Shown here: positions 38,034-50,851 of the stretch, piece by piece
Position numbering within the stretch: the stretch's first letter is position 1
Layout of the letters: every line of letters begins with the position of its first letter
Origin: Vicugna vicugna
Taxonomy: Eukaryota
Length of the DNA: 64,000 bases
Direction of reading: 5' to 3'
Assembly (NCBI GenBank): GCA_013265495.1
Contig: MU058213.1
Span: 4,798,854 to 4,862,853 of the forward strand
Translations under genes and position numbers: made by a program
Notes under the pieces: model-generated
What the model saw: the letters and a program-made list of their open reading frames with translations, nothing else
Database searches by the model: none
Told to the model about the DNA's origin: nothing

Positions 38034-40902
38034 GTCTGTGGGCTGCAAGGGCGTGAGCCAGGGTCCGGAAGAGCGAGGAGGGGGCCCGAGGGAAGCAGCC
38101 CTTATGCACCCATCTCAGCGTTTGGGAAGCCTTTGGTTTTTATTCTCTTGGACAGCCAGATGTTAGGAAGGCGATTTCTTGATTTGAGGAAGGAGCTTGT
38201 AGCTCATAGACTCGTAAGATTGTCAGAGCCGGAAGGGAACGATGGAAGTAAGTTAGTGTAGTTCCCTCATTGTCTTGAAGAAGAAGCAAAACGGAGCCCC
38301 AAAGAGGTTCGGTGGTTTTATGTAAGGGCACATAGACAGCTCTTTATCTGGGCGGTGCTTTCGCCTACAAAGGAGGCAGGACTCAGAACTTAGAGAAGGC
38401 TGAGCTGTGCCGTGGACCCAAACCCCCAGCTCCTGGGGACACCCAACACTCATCTGCCGCAACACACGCTCCACTCGTTCCCTGATTCTGGTCCATTTTC
38501 CCTTACAGATAGCCCAGCTTTGCCAAAGCTAGCAGCACACTGCGGCTCAGTTCGTTTTTGGATACACATACACATCCAGGACAGTATGTCTGAAAGTGCA
38601 GTGGAGTCACCAGCTAGGGGTGACCAGGTCACAAGATGGAACACAACACGTTAGGAAAATGTGAATCAAGGCATGGAATCCAAATATGAACAGCCTAATG
38701 AGAATGATAGGAAAAATCTTAACGAATCAGTCCAACTGAACTTACAAAAAGAGTAATCCTCATGAACAAAACCAACTCCAAACTGGAAGCTCCCTCCCCA
38801 CTGCAACCCCTGTACACCGCTCTCCCCATCCCAGTGGAGTTTAGAGAGGGAGAGACCTGAAAAATCATCCTCAGACCTATGGGAGAAGGTAACATTGTCC
38901 TTGTTTTGGTAAAAGTCAGACAGTGCTCAGGGCCAGCAAGAGATAGCTGGAATTTAAAACCAATGGAATTCCTGATTCAATTTTGCAAATAAATAGAAAC
39001 AACTTTTAAAACCTCCAGGGGACTTAGTAGCAGTTTGTATCTAGGGAGTGGTGTTTCAGCCATTAACGATTTTATTAGATGGGCCCTTTTAGAGACTAGA
39101 AGTACCAGATTACAGTTTTATTGTTGTTTTGTAAGACCGCTATGTATTTCGCTCATGTCCTGGCTCTGATCTCATTAGGGGAGGTCATTTCAAGGTAGGC
39201 TAAGGTCAACCCAGGTAACTGGGAAGTGATTATTCTAGGACCTGAACAGTCTGGTTAAGAACACGCTACAGGCTCGTCGGGCAGTAGGACCTTTGGTGTA
39301 ATGCTCCTTGGCCCGGGAATGTGCCTGCTGCGTTCCGTACAGTGCGGATTGTCGGTGAGAGGAGATCCCTGTGAAAGAGATGCTTTTGGCTCAACATTGG
39401 CTTGCCAGGTTCTAGAATATTTGACTAAAAGGGACATTTCCTCTTGCTAACTCAAAGTCTAGAAGCAGTGGCATGGCTAAGCTTCATATGCCCCTGTGCC
39501 ATATTTTAGCTGTTTCTCTGTTTAATTACAAAATGAACAACTCTCAAGACCCCACCGCTGTGAGGTGCGCGGGAGGGTGCTTCCTCCCCTAAGAGGCGGC
39601 TGGCGGAACTGTCTTGCCATGACTCGTATCTTGCTTGTTCCTTCGCTCTCACTTAACAAATCAGTTCTCAGACTCAAGGGCTCTGATGGGCATGTCTGAA
39701 ACCCAGAAACTCAGTTGGCTGCGTGTGTGTAAATGCAGCGGTGGTGGGTCCTTGGTGATTCTGAGTGAAACTGGCCTTGGACGAGTCAGGAACCACTGAG
39801 CAAACAGAAGGTTTTGTGCAGGACCTGGCTCTCTGTTCTGAGTTGATCTTTGGGACTCTTGGCTCCTGGGAGAGAGCTTTCTGGGTTCTCTGTAGATTTC
39901 ACTCACAACAGGGAAGGCGTTCACAGACATTTAGTCATTCACACGAGTTCTGTGAGGTTTACTTTTGGTGTGTATGGAGGCTTGTCAGCCAACTTTGACG
40001 GTCGCAGAGGCAACATACGATATTTACATACAGATGCTACAGATTCGCGTAAAAACTCACAATGCTGATTAGTTTTTAGTGTGCGTGGCTAGTGGCTCCG
40101 ACTTAACCCAGACGTATGGCACATGGGCTAGTGATGGGAGAAACACATGTACAAACCTCACAACCCCCCGAGTTCTAGGTGGGGTGGTTTGTGTCTGAAG
40201 CCTCCTTGTTTTGTACTCAAGGCTAATTTGGAGTGCTTTTCTCTTCACACTCAGTGAGTTATATCAGGAGCCATCAAGGAAGACAGTCAGTTTAGCACAG
40301 TGGGCCAGTACTGTCTTTCTGTCGCTCTGATGTGGATTTGGGACTGTGTGGTGCTCAGTATGTGAGGGTCCCTAGAAGAAAGAGGCAGGTGCAAATGGTT
40401 GTTACGGACTGTGTTCCTGAGGGGCTCTTGAAACCCTTGGCAGCAAAGAGGAAGAACATTATCCTGAGCTTAGAGTAGAGAAGTGTGCCTTGCGTGATAC
40501 CAGTTTCCTCATTGTCTTTTAACAGGTGACTTAGATACCTGTTAGGCTTACGTAGATCTTTTAAAAATTGTTGATTCAGAAGGAGAAAAAAAAAAGACTT
40601 GAAGGAAACATGCTAAAATATACTCAGTGCTTATGTTAGGGTTTGGGGTAACATTTTTTTCTCCTTTTAGGTATTTCCTAGTTGTGTAATTCTGTTTTAC
40701 ATTATAAAAGCAATAAAGCACAGTTTTAAAAAAAAGGTGTTGTTTGGACAGTATGAGAAAAAGATGCATCCTTTTCCCAGACTCTAATCCATGGTCCTCA
40801 GCTCTGGTCTGCCCTTGGGGGTGTCCTTCCACAGGGCAGTCCTTGCTCCTAAAAGCTTGGCCAGTGCGATTAAGTAGCCTGTGTTTGCAACTTCTTTCTT
40901 AG

Positions 40903-40992
40903 GACAAGGTGTCTCAGCTGGAGATGGAGCTGGAAGAAGAAAGAAACAACTCTGATTTGCTGTCCGAGAGGATCACGCGGAGTAGGGAACAG
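40903..40992 (+). CDS. CGNL1: CGNL1 coding exon, 90 bp, phase 0/0: DKVSQLEMELEEERNNSDLLSERITRSREQ
   Basis: Acceptor cttctttcttag| and donor CAG|gtactg. Translated by hand; cingulin/myosin-tail-like ELEEERN motif. Confidence 0.95.
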
Positions 40993-43900
40993 GTACTGTG
41001 CTGTAGCTGAATAAGTGGATTGTCTTGTTTGAAACGGACGTTCTTACGGGCAGGTTGGTCTGGAGCTGTCTTTGAAGGAAGGGTGAGATTCAGGCAAACG
41101 CAGGAACAGGAATGGAATCCTAGATCGAGTGGACGGTGTGAACAGGGATCGAGAAGTAGGATCTGTTTAGCTTTTTGAAGAGCAGTGAGTGGACCACTGG
41201 GCTTGGCTGGGTTTCCGGTTCCCATAAGGGAGTCATAGGAGGGGCAGGTTGAGGGTTTTGAATGGACTCTATTCTGAAGGCAGTGGGGAGCCGTGGAGGG
41301 TTGTTGATCAGAACAGTGAAGCATACACGGTGTTCTAGAAGGGAGTGGGAGTGAGGGGAGGAGAAGGGAGGCCTGAATGAAGTCTCAGCCAGGCGTTCCC
41401 AGGGGCAGAGGACAGGAGAGGCAGCTGTGAGATCAAACATTCTGTCCTTTCCGTGTTCTTGTTTCCCCTTTCTCGTACACACATCTGATGCTCAATAAAT
41501 GCTGGCAACATTATTTGTAAGTTCCCAGCCCTTTGAAGGCTTTCCTTTTCCATACGTGCTTAGGATCTTCTTAAAGTTGAAGGAAAGTTGAATAAAATAG
41601 TGGATGCTTTACTGGCTTTTGGTCTGTTTAAATCCAGAGAAATCCTTTTTCCTCTCCTTCCTCCAAAACCGTGTTTCCATTTATGACAGTTGCTGTCCTT
41701 CCGGAGGAGCCCCCAGGTGCTGGGTGCTGTGCCCGTGACTTGCATACTGTCTCATGTTGTTTTCAGGGCTTATGCGGCTAAGTGGCTGCCTCGGGTCACA
41801 AGGCTTAGAAGAGATGTGGAGCCACAACCCACTGCCTCCCACCTGTTTCCATCATCCCCGCATCAGACTGTGAGGGTGGTTATGACCCCCCCCCCAAGTG
41901 TTTGAGTCTCTATTCCCAAGTTAAAAATAATGCCACGGTGTCTCTTCACACGAGTGAGGATTTATGTTCACCTGATGCTCTCCTGACTCTCCTTATGCGT
42001 GCAGGAGTCAGATGGCCCAGCTTGGTGTTTTAAGTGTGTCCTGTAGGCTGATGTTCTAGCCCCTTGGGCACCACTGTGTGATTGCTGGTGGCTGAGGGCT
42101 ATAGTGTGCGGTAGAGCTGGGTCTGGATGGGGCAGTGTTCTCTTGGCCGTGGAGGCCAGATAGCCCAGCCCAGTGGAAGGACCATTTGTGCAACCTAGGC
42201 GGCTGGCAGGCAAGAGGAAAAGTACCAGCTTGAGAGCTTTGGGTGGCATTGCAGTCTCCCCAGGGGCTGAATGAAGCTGCCCGTTGCCTTGGCAACTGCA
42301 GGATAGATCCCAGTGGAGAAAGTTGTGGGCTTCTACAGTCACTTTTGGGAACTGCTCCCAAGTGGCTGGCTCGCACCTGCTCCTCAGTCTGCACCAGGGG
42401 GATATGGGGCTGGGAAATAAGTCTCCTTTGCAGTCAGTGAGTGAAAGATCAGAATGGGATTTCTTTCTTCTTCTTTTTTTTCTTTAATTAAAATGATCCT
42501 GGTCTCAGAACTGCCTTCTATCGTGAAGGCTGCTCAAAAACCCGATGTGTACAGTCAGTTAATAATCATTTTCCTTTCTTGTGATTATCATTTTTAGTAC
42601 TAGCCAGCAGTGTGGGCTCACCAACCCCTTTACAGCCCAATGGTAAACACAGGTGATTGGGTTAAATATTGTTATTAGCAATCATAAATATCTTTGGCTT
42701 TTCATTAACCCAGAAGGCAGCTGCTTCTAATCCTGAGAGCTGGCTCGGGTCACGGGTGCCTCTGACATAAACCCACTGGAATCTGATACTGTTATTTCCG
42801 ATCACCATGCTCAGGGTTTAGCATTCTTTCAATCCAGCTGTGATAAACTGTCGCCTTCGGCTCCTGTTCTGTTTTTAATTTGATTGGAAAGTTTTTGTTC
42901 GGTCTGTTTAATATAGTTGAAGGGTAAACAGCTCATAAAGTGCTAAGCTTATGTAAAGAAGTGTTTTTCCAGCTTCAGATACACTTCCCTGGTCCAAAGG
43001 AGGAAGCTAGCTAAGCCAGACTTAGACTGTTCCCTCTCTCTCCCTCCTTCCCTCCCTCCCCCCTCCTCCTGTTTTGCTAGTGTGGGCTCAGGGTAAGAGG
43101 GGCCTGATATGGAATATTCCTGAGTCACTGGGTCAGTCCTGGCGATGACTGTACCGAGGAGCTTGGCTGAATCACTTGTGGTTTACGGTGAAAGCGGTTG
43201 TTGAGAGCATTGTCCACAGCACCACCGTGTGATATTCCTTGTGTGAGACACCGTGTGGTAGATTTCTTTTAGACTTTGGTGTCAGGCTGTCCTTCTCAAA
43301 GAACTGAAGGAAGTCTATCATGTTTGCCAAAAGCCTTGGTTTCCAGAAGACTCAAGAAATACTGACTGCACGGTGATGGTAACTGTTAAGTTTTATGACC
43401 GCACATTTGTTCCTTCCTGTTCTTCACTCTGATTTATTTTACACTTCCATTTCAATAGCCGTCTTTTGAGAGGATGTGGTGGGGTGTAAATAATGACTGT
43501 TCTGTTCTGCTTGTCCTTCGGAGAGTCACGTCTGCCTGGGGTGCTCCAGGGAGGTCTTGAACCTGTGGAGACCTCGGGGATGCTCTTTTCTGAGTGCCCC
43601 TCCGCGTGGGAGGTCTGTTTCCTTTCAGGATCCAGAATTTCCAGTCCATGGCACTGAGGGAGCAAGCCTGGCCAGTGGCTGCTACGTTAAGTCACAGGGC
43701 TTGTCCTGAACCCCCGCCAGGGCCCCTGGACAATTCTTAGATCCCTGCACAGCGCTCCTGCGCCTCGAAGCACTGTAGGTGTGGCTTCCTTTTCGGCCCT
43801 GAAGTCCCCCGGAGCTCTTCCTCCTTCTAGGGTTTGTCTTTCTTTGAGGGGCCTACAGGTCTCCAGCCCAAAGCTGCTGCTTTCCTGAGCTTCCCGCCTG

Positions 43901-46333
43901 GAAAATGGGGTTGGTAACTTCTGCCTCAGAGAGCTCCGGGAGGGAGAATGGGCTCGGACACTCATGGTCACTTTGCTCCTTTTGCCAGGGACTCTTGATC
44001 TGTTTCCCTGCTCCTCCCTCAGGCCCGGAGCGGCGCGCACTGCCCCACGGCAGGTGCTCTGAGCCGCGGAGCCTCTGGCCTCGGCCCTGCCGGCCTTGTA
44101 TTGTCTTCTGGTGGGCTTTGGCCTCACACCCACAGCTACTGAATTTCTCTCTCTGTGTCCCTTCACATTGGGGAAAATCAGCTCCCTTCCCCTCTTTCTT
44201 TCTCCTGTCCCTTTGCCCTGCCTGACCCTGACCCCTCACTCAGGTCTCAGTTGAGTGTCCCTTTCTCTGGAGACTCTCCCTGGCCCTCCAGGTCCAGGCT
44301 GTGACCACTGCCATGCTCCCTGCCCCAGCACGCCATCCTTCCCCATTGCGGTGACACTGACCGCATGTACGGGGCGTGTTCGCATGTCCCCTGGGAGCCT
44401 GTAATGAGGTCAGGAACTGTGTTGGTGTTTCTGTCACGATGTCCAGTCTTGGAGCTCATAATATAGTCTGAACAAATGAAAGAGCCCACCCCGTCCTTCC
44501 AAGACCACTCCTCCACCAACACACGTGTGTGTGTGTTCACAAAGACATGCTCCCTCTCACCTTGACCGAGTGGGTCTTTTGCAGCAACATTCCTAAGAGT
44601 CTGGAGAGAGAGGGTGGCTACTGTAGCTAAAGGATGGAGGCCGGGGCCCGTGGCTGCCTTGGATGGAGACCCCACAGTAGGGGGAACGCCCAAGTGCATG
44701 TTCACTGTAGGCCAGGGCCCAGGCTGCCTTGGTCAACTTCCTTGCTTAGGAAGAAGGGGTCCACATCCCAGAGGTGGGACGACCAAGGTCATGTGCAAGT
44801 GGATGCAGAGCCAGGAAGAGAGGCTGGGCCACTGTTGCCTGTCTGTGATTGCTTCCTGATGCAGTGACAATTTAACTGTGTCCTCAGTGAAGCCTGGCCT
44901 CTGCCCAGCGGGCGTGAACAGAACAATTTCCCTCATGAGGCACATCAGGGTCCTGTGGCCCAGCCCTGCTGACGACCTCCATGGGGTAAGGGTTGGCTGG
45001 TTCAGAGCCATGCTCGAGTGAGGCTGTGAGGCTGCATTCATTATCTGTGGACTTTGTGCTTATAGAGCAGTTACAGGAATCGTTCCGGGCCCTCTTTGCA
45101 GCATGTGATTCTCGAGGGCCCTGGGGCCAGGCAGGAGGAGTGGGGCGCGGGGGCAGTTTTATGCGCTCTGCCTGCTGACCCTGTGCACAGCTGACATTTT
45201 TGTCTTTGCTGTGCCAGAGATGCCCTAAGGAGACTGACTGCCTCCCTGGGTCTTGGTTTTCTCGTGACAGCTGTATCTAAACCCTAACATCTGCTTGAGG
45301 CCTTCTCACTGAGTTGGTCCAGAGAGCCAGAGCGGATCAGGTAGAGGGCTGTGCGTAGGCGCGGCTGGGTTCTGGTCCTTCTTCCTCCAGTTACGTGGAG
45401 AACTGCCCTGGACTTCGGTGTTCTCTGCTGGCAAATTCGCAACCCCAGTGACTCAAGAGGCCTGCTGATCGGAAATGCAAACTTGAACTTGTTTTTTTTT
45501 TCGGATCACACAGATTCACCCTCACCTGTGGGGAGGGTCCCAGCTTCCTCCTATGGTACCAAGGCCTCGGTGTCCCAGCCCTGCCCGTCACCAGCCTCAT
45601 GCCTTACCACCAGCCACACCACTCTGCTTGTGCACACCCTGCGGTCAGGACAGTGGGAGATGCAAGTCTAGCCCAGTGTGGTGGGGTCTCCTCAGTTGTT
45701 ATTCCCAGGACCCCCAGGTCTTGCCCTCCAGGCGGATGGCAGGGAAGGGATGAGCCTGTCTTTTACTAACTAGGGTGCTTGTATGGGAGGTGAAGACCCA
45801 GGCTGAGGCTGGGCAGGGCGAGACTGCCACGGAAGCTGCCCGGGCGTGCGGGGACTCCTGCGTGCACATCTCTCAGGCAGGCTGGACCCCAGCCTGAAGA
45901 AGGAACGGGCCATTTTATTTTCCTGGCTCATCTTCTAGGTTCTCTGGGCTTCCCCAGGCTGCCCTCTGCTGGAGGGCCCTGGGAACGAGGTCTGGGGCCT
46001 CCACCTCAGAAGCGCTTTTCCCTGCTGCTGAAGGCCCCCTGGGGTGTGGAGATGCTGGTAGACAGGCAGCTGGATTTTTTTCCAGATGCCGCTCAGCTGG
46101 GCTCATTTCCTATTAATATAGAAGAAATCCTCAGTAACGCTTAGCCCTTGCCAGGACACCTGGAGCGTTCTTGCTGACTTCTGTTTCTGGCCTAAGAAGG
46201 GAGGAATCTAGCAACGTCTGAGATATGCTGACCATGGGAGCCCTTTCTGAGGCTTGAGCTTGTAATGCAGTCGTCACGAGCTCAGGGGAACGCTGACGCC
46301 CCCTGTTCCTAGTTGTGTAGATCTTGGGCAAGC

Positions 46334-46445
46334 TGGGTGACTGACTCGGCCCAGTTTGCCTGGGGCTCCCCCGTTTGAGTGCAGGAAGTCCTGTGTCCTG
46401 AGCCCATCCTCGGTGTTTGGTAAGCTGGGGTGGTCGGTCAGCATA
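46334..46445. mobile_element. MER81-like hAT-Blackjack MITE inserted in a MIR
   Basis: tgggtgactgactcggcccagtttgcctgggg...gaagtcctgtgtcctg...tggtcggtcagcata follows MER81 structure with gggtgacc / ggtcaccc-type ends. Confidence 0.7.
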
Positions 46446-46554
46446 CGAGTCAGTTAACTTCTCCGGGCCCTGATGTCCTCAACAGAGATGATAGGACCTC
46501 TGTGGTGGTGGTGGTGGGGCTGTCATAGCTAGTGTGTGTGGAGTGCTGAGCAGG

Positions 46555-47015
46555 TTACCAGTTCTCTAGAGTTGCCGTAAACGGGGTGGCCTTGAACAAC
46601 AGGACTGTACCATCTCAAGTTCTGGAGGCTAAAAGTCCGAAATCACAGTATCATCAGGGCCGTGCTCCCTCCCGACCTGCAGGAGACTCCTTCCTTGCTT
46701 CTTCCTAGCTTCTGGTAGTTTGCTGGCAGTCTTTGGTGTTCCTTGACTTGTGGGTGCCTCACTCCAATTCTCCATCATTGCAACACGTTCTCCCTGTGTC
46801 TCTCTGTCTTGGCTCTCTGCATGTCTGTCTCTTCAGCCAAACTTCCCCTTTTCACAAGGACGCCAGTCATATTGGATCAGAGCCCACCCTAATGACCTCA
46901 GTTTAACTGGGTTGCCTCTGTAAAGATCCTGTTTCCAAACAAGGTTACATCCGAGGTCCTAGGGGTTAGGTCTTCAGTGTACCTTCTTGGTGGGGACACA
47001 GTTCAGCCCATAACA
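46555..47015 (-). mobile_element. Solo MaLR LTR (MLT1C-like) with 5-bp TSD GCAGG
   Basis: agttctggaggctaaaagtccgaaatca...aaggacgccagtcatattggat...ggggacacagttcagcccataaca, with GCAGG at 46550-46554 and 47016-47020. Confidence 0.88.
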
Positions 47016-47246
47016 GCAGGGTTAGCTGTGGCTCTTATTGTTGCTTGTATCCATCACCTTTGCAATTATTGAGATGTCAAGAATATCCAAGAAGCAGCTC
47101 CTGTATTCAGGAGTAGAAGGCAGGAGGCCCCTGTCATGAAGAGGAGCACTAACTTGATGGCTGGAATTCAGTACCTGGGCACCGTTTTAGTACAAAGGCT
47201 GTAGGAACAACTTCTCTAACCTCTGGGCTTTTCCACTTGGGTGTAG

Positions 47247-47330
47247 ATGGAGCAGGTGCGGAATGAGCTGCTTCAGGAGAGAGCTGTGAGGCAAGACCTG
47301 GAGTGTGACAAGATTTCCCTGGAGCGGCAG
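47247..47330 (+). CDS. CGNL1: CGNL1 coding exon, 84 bp, phase 0/0: MEQVRNELLQERAVRQDLECDKISLERQ
   Basis: Acceptor gggtgtag| and donor CAG|gtgagg. RQDLECDKISLERQ is characteristic of the cingulin family. Confidence 0.96.
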
Positions 47331-48039
47331 GTGAGGGCCCCTGGCCCCATGAGTCTCTCTTCTCTTCCCTCCTCATGACTTTGGACTGGACCCCCTTGGT
47401 CGAGCCTTCTTTGCACAGCACCCCAAGAACTCTGGGGCATGACTCACCCGAGAGGTAGAGGTGTCTCTAAGTCCTTTTCCAAAGAGGTTATTCTCAATTA
47501 TATTAAATGTGCTTGGAAGTTAAGCAGCTGGGGAGAGGTGGGACTGCAAATGAGTGTTGTCTTCTAGATCCTAAAGAGGGCTAAATTTGAATGAAAAGAG
47601 AATAATAAAGAACCAATGTCCTCAAATGCAGGAGCTGCTAACAAAGCTTACTTGAATCATTATTTCTTTTACATGCTATTCATGTCAGTTCTTCACGGGA
47701 CTTGACATGTGATACTGCTGAAGGAGTCTGTTTCTCCTGTCCTGCCCCCAAGAGGTATATAAGAGGCCAAGGTCGAGCTCACTGACATCCAGGACTTTTA
47801 GGACATGCCAAAGACTTCACTCAGGCTCAGAAGGGAATGAGATAGAATCTCTTCATTTAGCTGGTGGGGACTGGAGTGCAAAGCTTTTCCTTGGAAACTT
47901 CCCCAGGGCCCCCGGGGCCACACATCCTAATGTGGAAAGCAGGCTTATCACAGCCACTGACCACACGTCCCGCCCTGTGCTGTGCTCTGCACAGAGAGTG
48001 TGGTGGACACGGCCCCTCAGTCTCCCTGTCTGATTCCAG

Positions 48040-48164
48040 AACAAGGACTTAAAGAGCCGGATTATCCACCTGGAAGGTTCCTACAGGTCCAGCAAAGAAG
48101 GGCTAGTGGTGCAGATGGAGGCCAGGATTGCTGAGCTGGAGGACCGTCTGGAGAGCGAGGAGCG
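48040..48164 (+). CDS. CGNL1: CGNL1 coding exon, 125 bp, phase 0/2: NKDLKSRIIHLEGSYRSSKEGLVVQMEARIAELEDRLESEE(R)
   Basis: Acceptor gattccag| and donor CG|gtgagc; the split Arg codon is completed by the next exon. Confidence 0.96.
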
Positions 48165-49186
48165 GTGAGCCAGTCCCAGCCATGGTGTAGAGGCTCTGGG
48201 TTTTGTTTTTTTTTTTTTTTTGCCAATCTTAAATACAGTTTTAAGACATTGCATTTTCCACTCATAATACAGTGCTTATAAAGTACAATTACATTAAGAA
48301 GTCCTTCCACTCTTTTCACTCTTGTAAACCTGTGAAGAAAGCAGAGCAAGTCCAGTCCTGCTGGAAAATTATTTCCATTTTGCAGATGGGAAAACTGAGA
48401 CCCGCTGAAGTGAGTGACTTGAAGGAAGGTAGCCTGGCAGAATATTGCTGTAGCAGGACTAAAACTCTGGACCCCCACTGCTCAGTCCTTAGCTTTCCAC
48501 TAGACTGGCTGCTCCTTTCCCCATGCCCTAAATTGTACAGGCTGCCTTGTAGGCTACTGAGTTTGAGCTGGAATAGAGGTGAGGGGCTGACTGTGCTCTG
48601 AGGGCCGGGTGTATTCAAGCAGAGGCCGAGTGGCTGTCAGAGGTGGGTGTATTCCCCCCCACAGTGGGGGGAGGGGTGTAGGATCAGATGACCACACCCC
48701 TTTCCTGCACCAGGGTTCTCTGCAGCTAGCTCGCAGACTTGCAGTCGGAGGGCCAGCACCAGGTTGAACTTGACAAGTCTCAGTTTTTACTCATGGTCCC
48801 TCACTTTCCTCGAAGCAGTGTGGGAATGTGTATGTACTTATAGCACTTGACATTATCCATTTTCAGTAGGACATTGGGACTGGGCCAGAGCTGCTTGGAG
48901 CAAACCCTGAACACTCATAGCCTGGCAGTCCATGACCCTCTGCCTTACCAAGGAAAGCCTGGGGCTGGGAGAACTCGGGGCAGGTCTGGCCCCGGCTCAG
49001 CCCCTCTCTAACTCTGCAGCCTCGGGCAAAGCCACTCCCCTCTCAGAGCCCTTGTTTCCTCGTCTGTCCAGTGCACAGCGCTTCCCTCCTGTACAGTTGT
49101 GTCTCTGACCCTAAGCCTCAGTCAACCAGGCAGCCCTGGGCTGGGCCTCCTTAGGGCTGCGATGAAATGGTCCTCTGCTTCCCCAG

Positions 49187-49295
49187 GGACCGAGCCAGCC
49201 TCCAGCTCAGCAACCGCCGGCTGGAGCGGAAGGTGAAGGAGCTGGTGATGCAGGTGGATGACGAGCACCTGTCGCTGACCGATCAGAAGGACCAG
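49187..49295 (+). CDS. CGNL1: CGNL1 coding exon, 109 bp, phase 2/0: (R)DRASLQLSNRRLERKVKELVMQVDDEHLSLTDQKDQ
   Basis: Acceptor cttccccag| and donor CAG|gtgcgg; lies within ORF 49167..49427. Confidence 0.96.
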
Positions 49296-49632
49296 GTGCG
49301 GAGCTCTCTGCGGATCCCGTCTCAGGCTGGGGAGGCCTTGGTGGGCAGGCAGGTGTTGGACCGGGTACTTCCTTTCCACTCTGTCCCTTACCTTATGGAC
49401 CTGGGCCTTTCTAGCCCACTTCAGTAGGGGGTTCAACAAACTTCATACCCTGATCTTTGTTTTTAAAAAGTAGACTTGTCTGCCTTGGAGTCTTATCTCT
49501 ACTTTCCTGTGAGGCTGGTGGCCCCCTTTGCCATATCTCTGTTGCCTGGAGAGAAGGGGCTGGACCCCTGGCCTCTCTGCTGGGCGGGGCCACCAGCCCG
49601 CTCACAGCCTGCCCTCCCCTCTCTCCCTGCAG

Positions 49633-49796
49633 CTGAGCTTGCGCTTGAAAGCAATGAAGCGACAGGTGGAGGAGGCCGAGGAGGAAATCGACAGACTGGA
49701 AAGTTCCAAAAAGAAGCTGCAGAGGGAGCTGGAGGAGCAGATGGACGTGAATGAGCAGCTGCAGGGGCAGCTGAATTCCATGAAGAAGGACTTAAG
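49633..49796 (+). CDS. CGNL1: CGNL1 coding exon, 164 bp, phase 0/2: [54 protein letters not shown](R)
   Basis: Acceptor ctctccctgcag| and donor AG|gtgggc. [10 protein letters not shown]...KLQRELEE is typical of the end of the myosin-II/cingulin rod. Confidence 0.96.
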
Positions 49797-50851
49797 GTGG
49801 GCGAGTGCAGTAACCTCACCTCCCGACACTGGAGGAGAGCGCAGCACGATGCTTTCACAGCATTCTCACTGCTGCAGCCTCAAGCCGATCCCTTGTCATC
49901 ACCTTTTGGGGTCATCCCGTCCTGGAGATGAGAGTGGCTGTGTCCACTCTAGTTGCCCCACGTGCTCAGTAAGGTGTGATCTGTGTCATGACCTGTGTCA
50001 CCCTCATCCCAGTGTCCCAGTGTCAGTCAGGCAGGTATTATCCCTGTTGTCCAAAGAGGGAAACTCAGGCTTAGAGCAAGGTAAGACTAGCTCATACCCC
50101 CATGGAGGGGGCTGCTCCGGGACTAGAACTTGGGGGTCCTGCATGGATGTGACTTAGGGAGAAATGAGATAGAGTTCTGGTTCGTGTCCTCAGGAGAAGG
50201 AGCATATCCTTCGCATGGTTTCCAGAGGGAGCTGCTCTCTCAGCTCCCCGGCCTGGGTCCTGAGGATGCCGGCTTAGGTGGGGGGTGGTTTTCCCTGCCT
50301 CAAGGTCACTGCCAGGGGCTTTGGAGTGAGGGCAGGAGATTAGGTTCATGCTAATTCACGGAGCTGGGCCAGTCTTGGAGGCCAGCGGTGACCTGGGGCT
50401 TTCTGCTGGCTGCCCAGGGAGTTGGCTCACAAATGCAGAAGACTGGAGCCTCTTGAGCATCCTGTAAAGAGGGCCTGTCTGTGGAGAACCAGCCCCAGGC
50501 TGGCATTAGGGGCAACATATAAAGGGCCACCAAAAATCTCAATAATCAAGTTGCAGTATTTTGAAAAACAAAAATGAATGCAGCGCTCTGCCGCACTGGA
50601 GCTTGAGGGAGAAGCACGAGTGAGTGCTGTGGGTCTCGGCCCCGCCCTGCCCAGCCCAGCGCCACCCAGCCCGCCTGTCAGCAGCAGCCTCTTGCCTCCC
50701 GCGCTGCTCCCTGGGCTGTAGGAACTGCCAGGTGCAGAATGGTTAAGTTCATGTGCTTGTATGTGATGCAGTAGCCCAAGACACCTTGGGCTCCAGATCA
50801 GAGGCGAGCCCCAGTCCAGGGCCAGGAAACATGCCCCCTGTTGCTTTGCAG

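Noticed and set aside
43930..44100. Small GC/CpG-rich patch with overlapping ORFs
   Set aside because: Too short for a CpG island; ORFs are explained by GC content and no promoter evidence is visible.
48600..48675. gggtgtattc direct repeat and C7/G6 hairpin
   Set aside because: Short, low-complexity and within degenerate L3/MIR3-like sequence; expected by chance.
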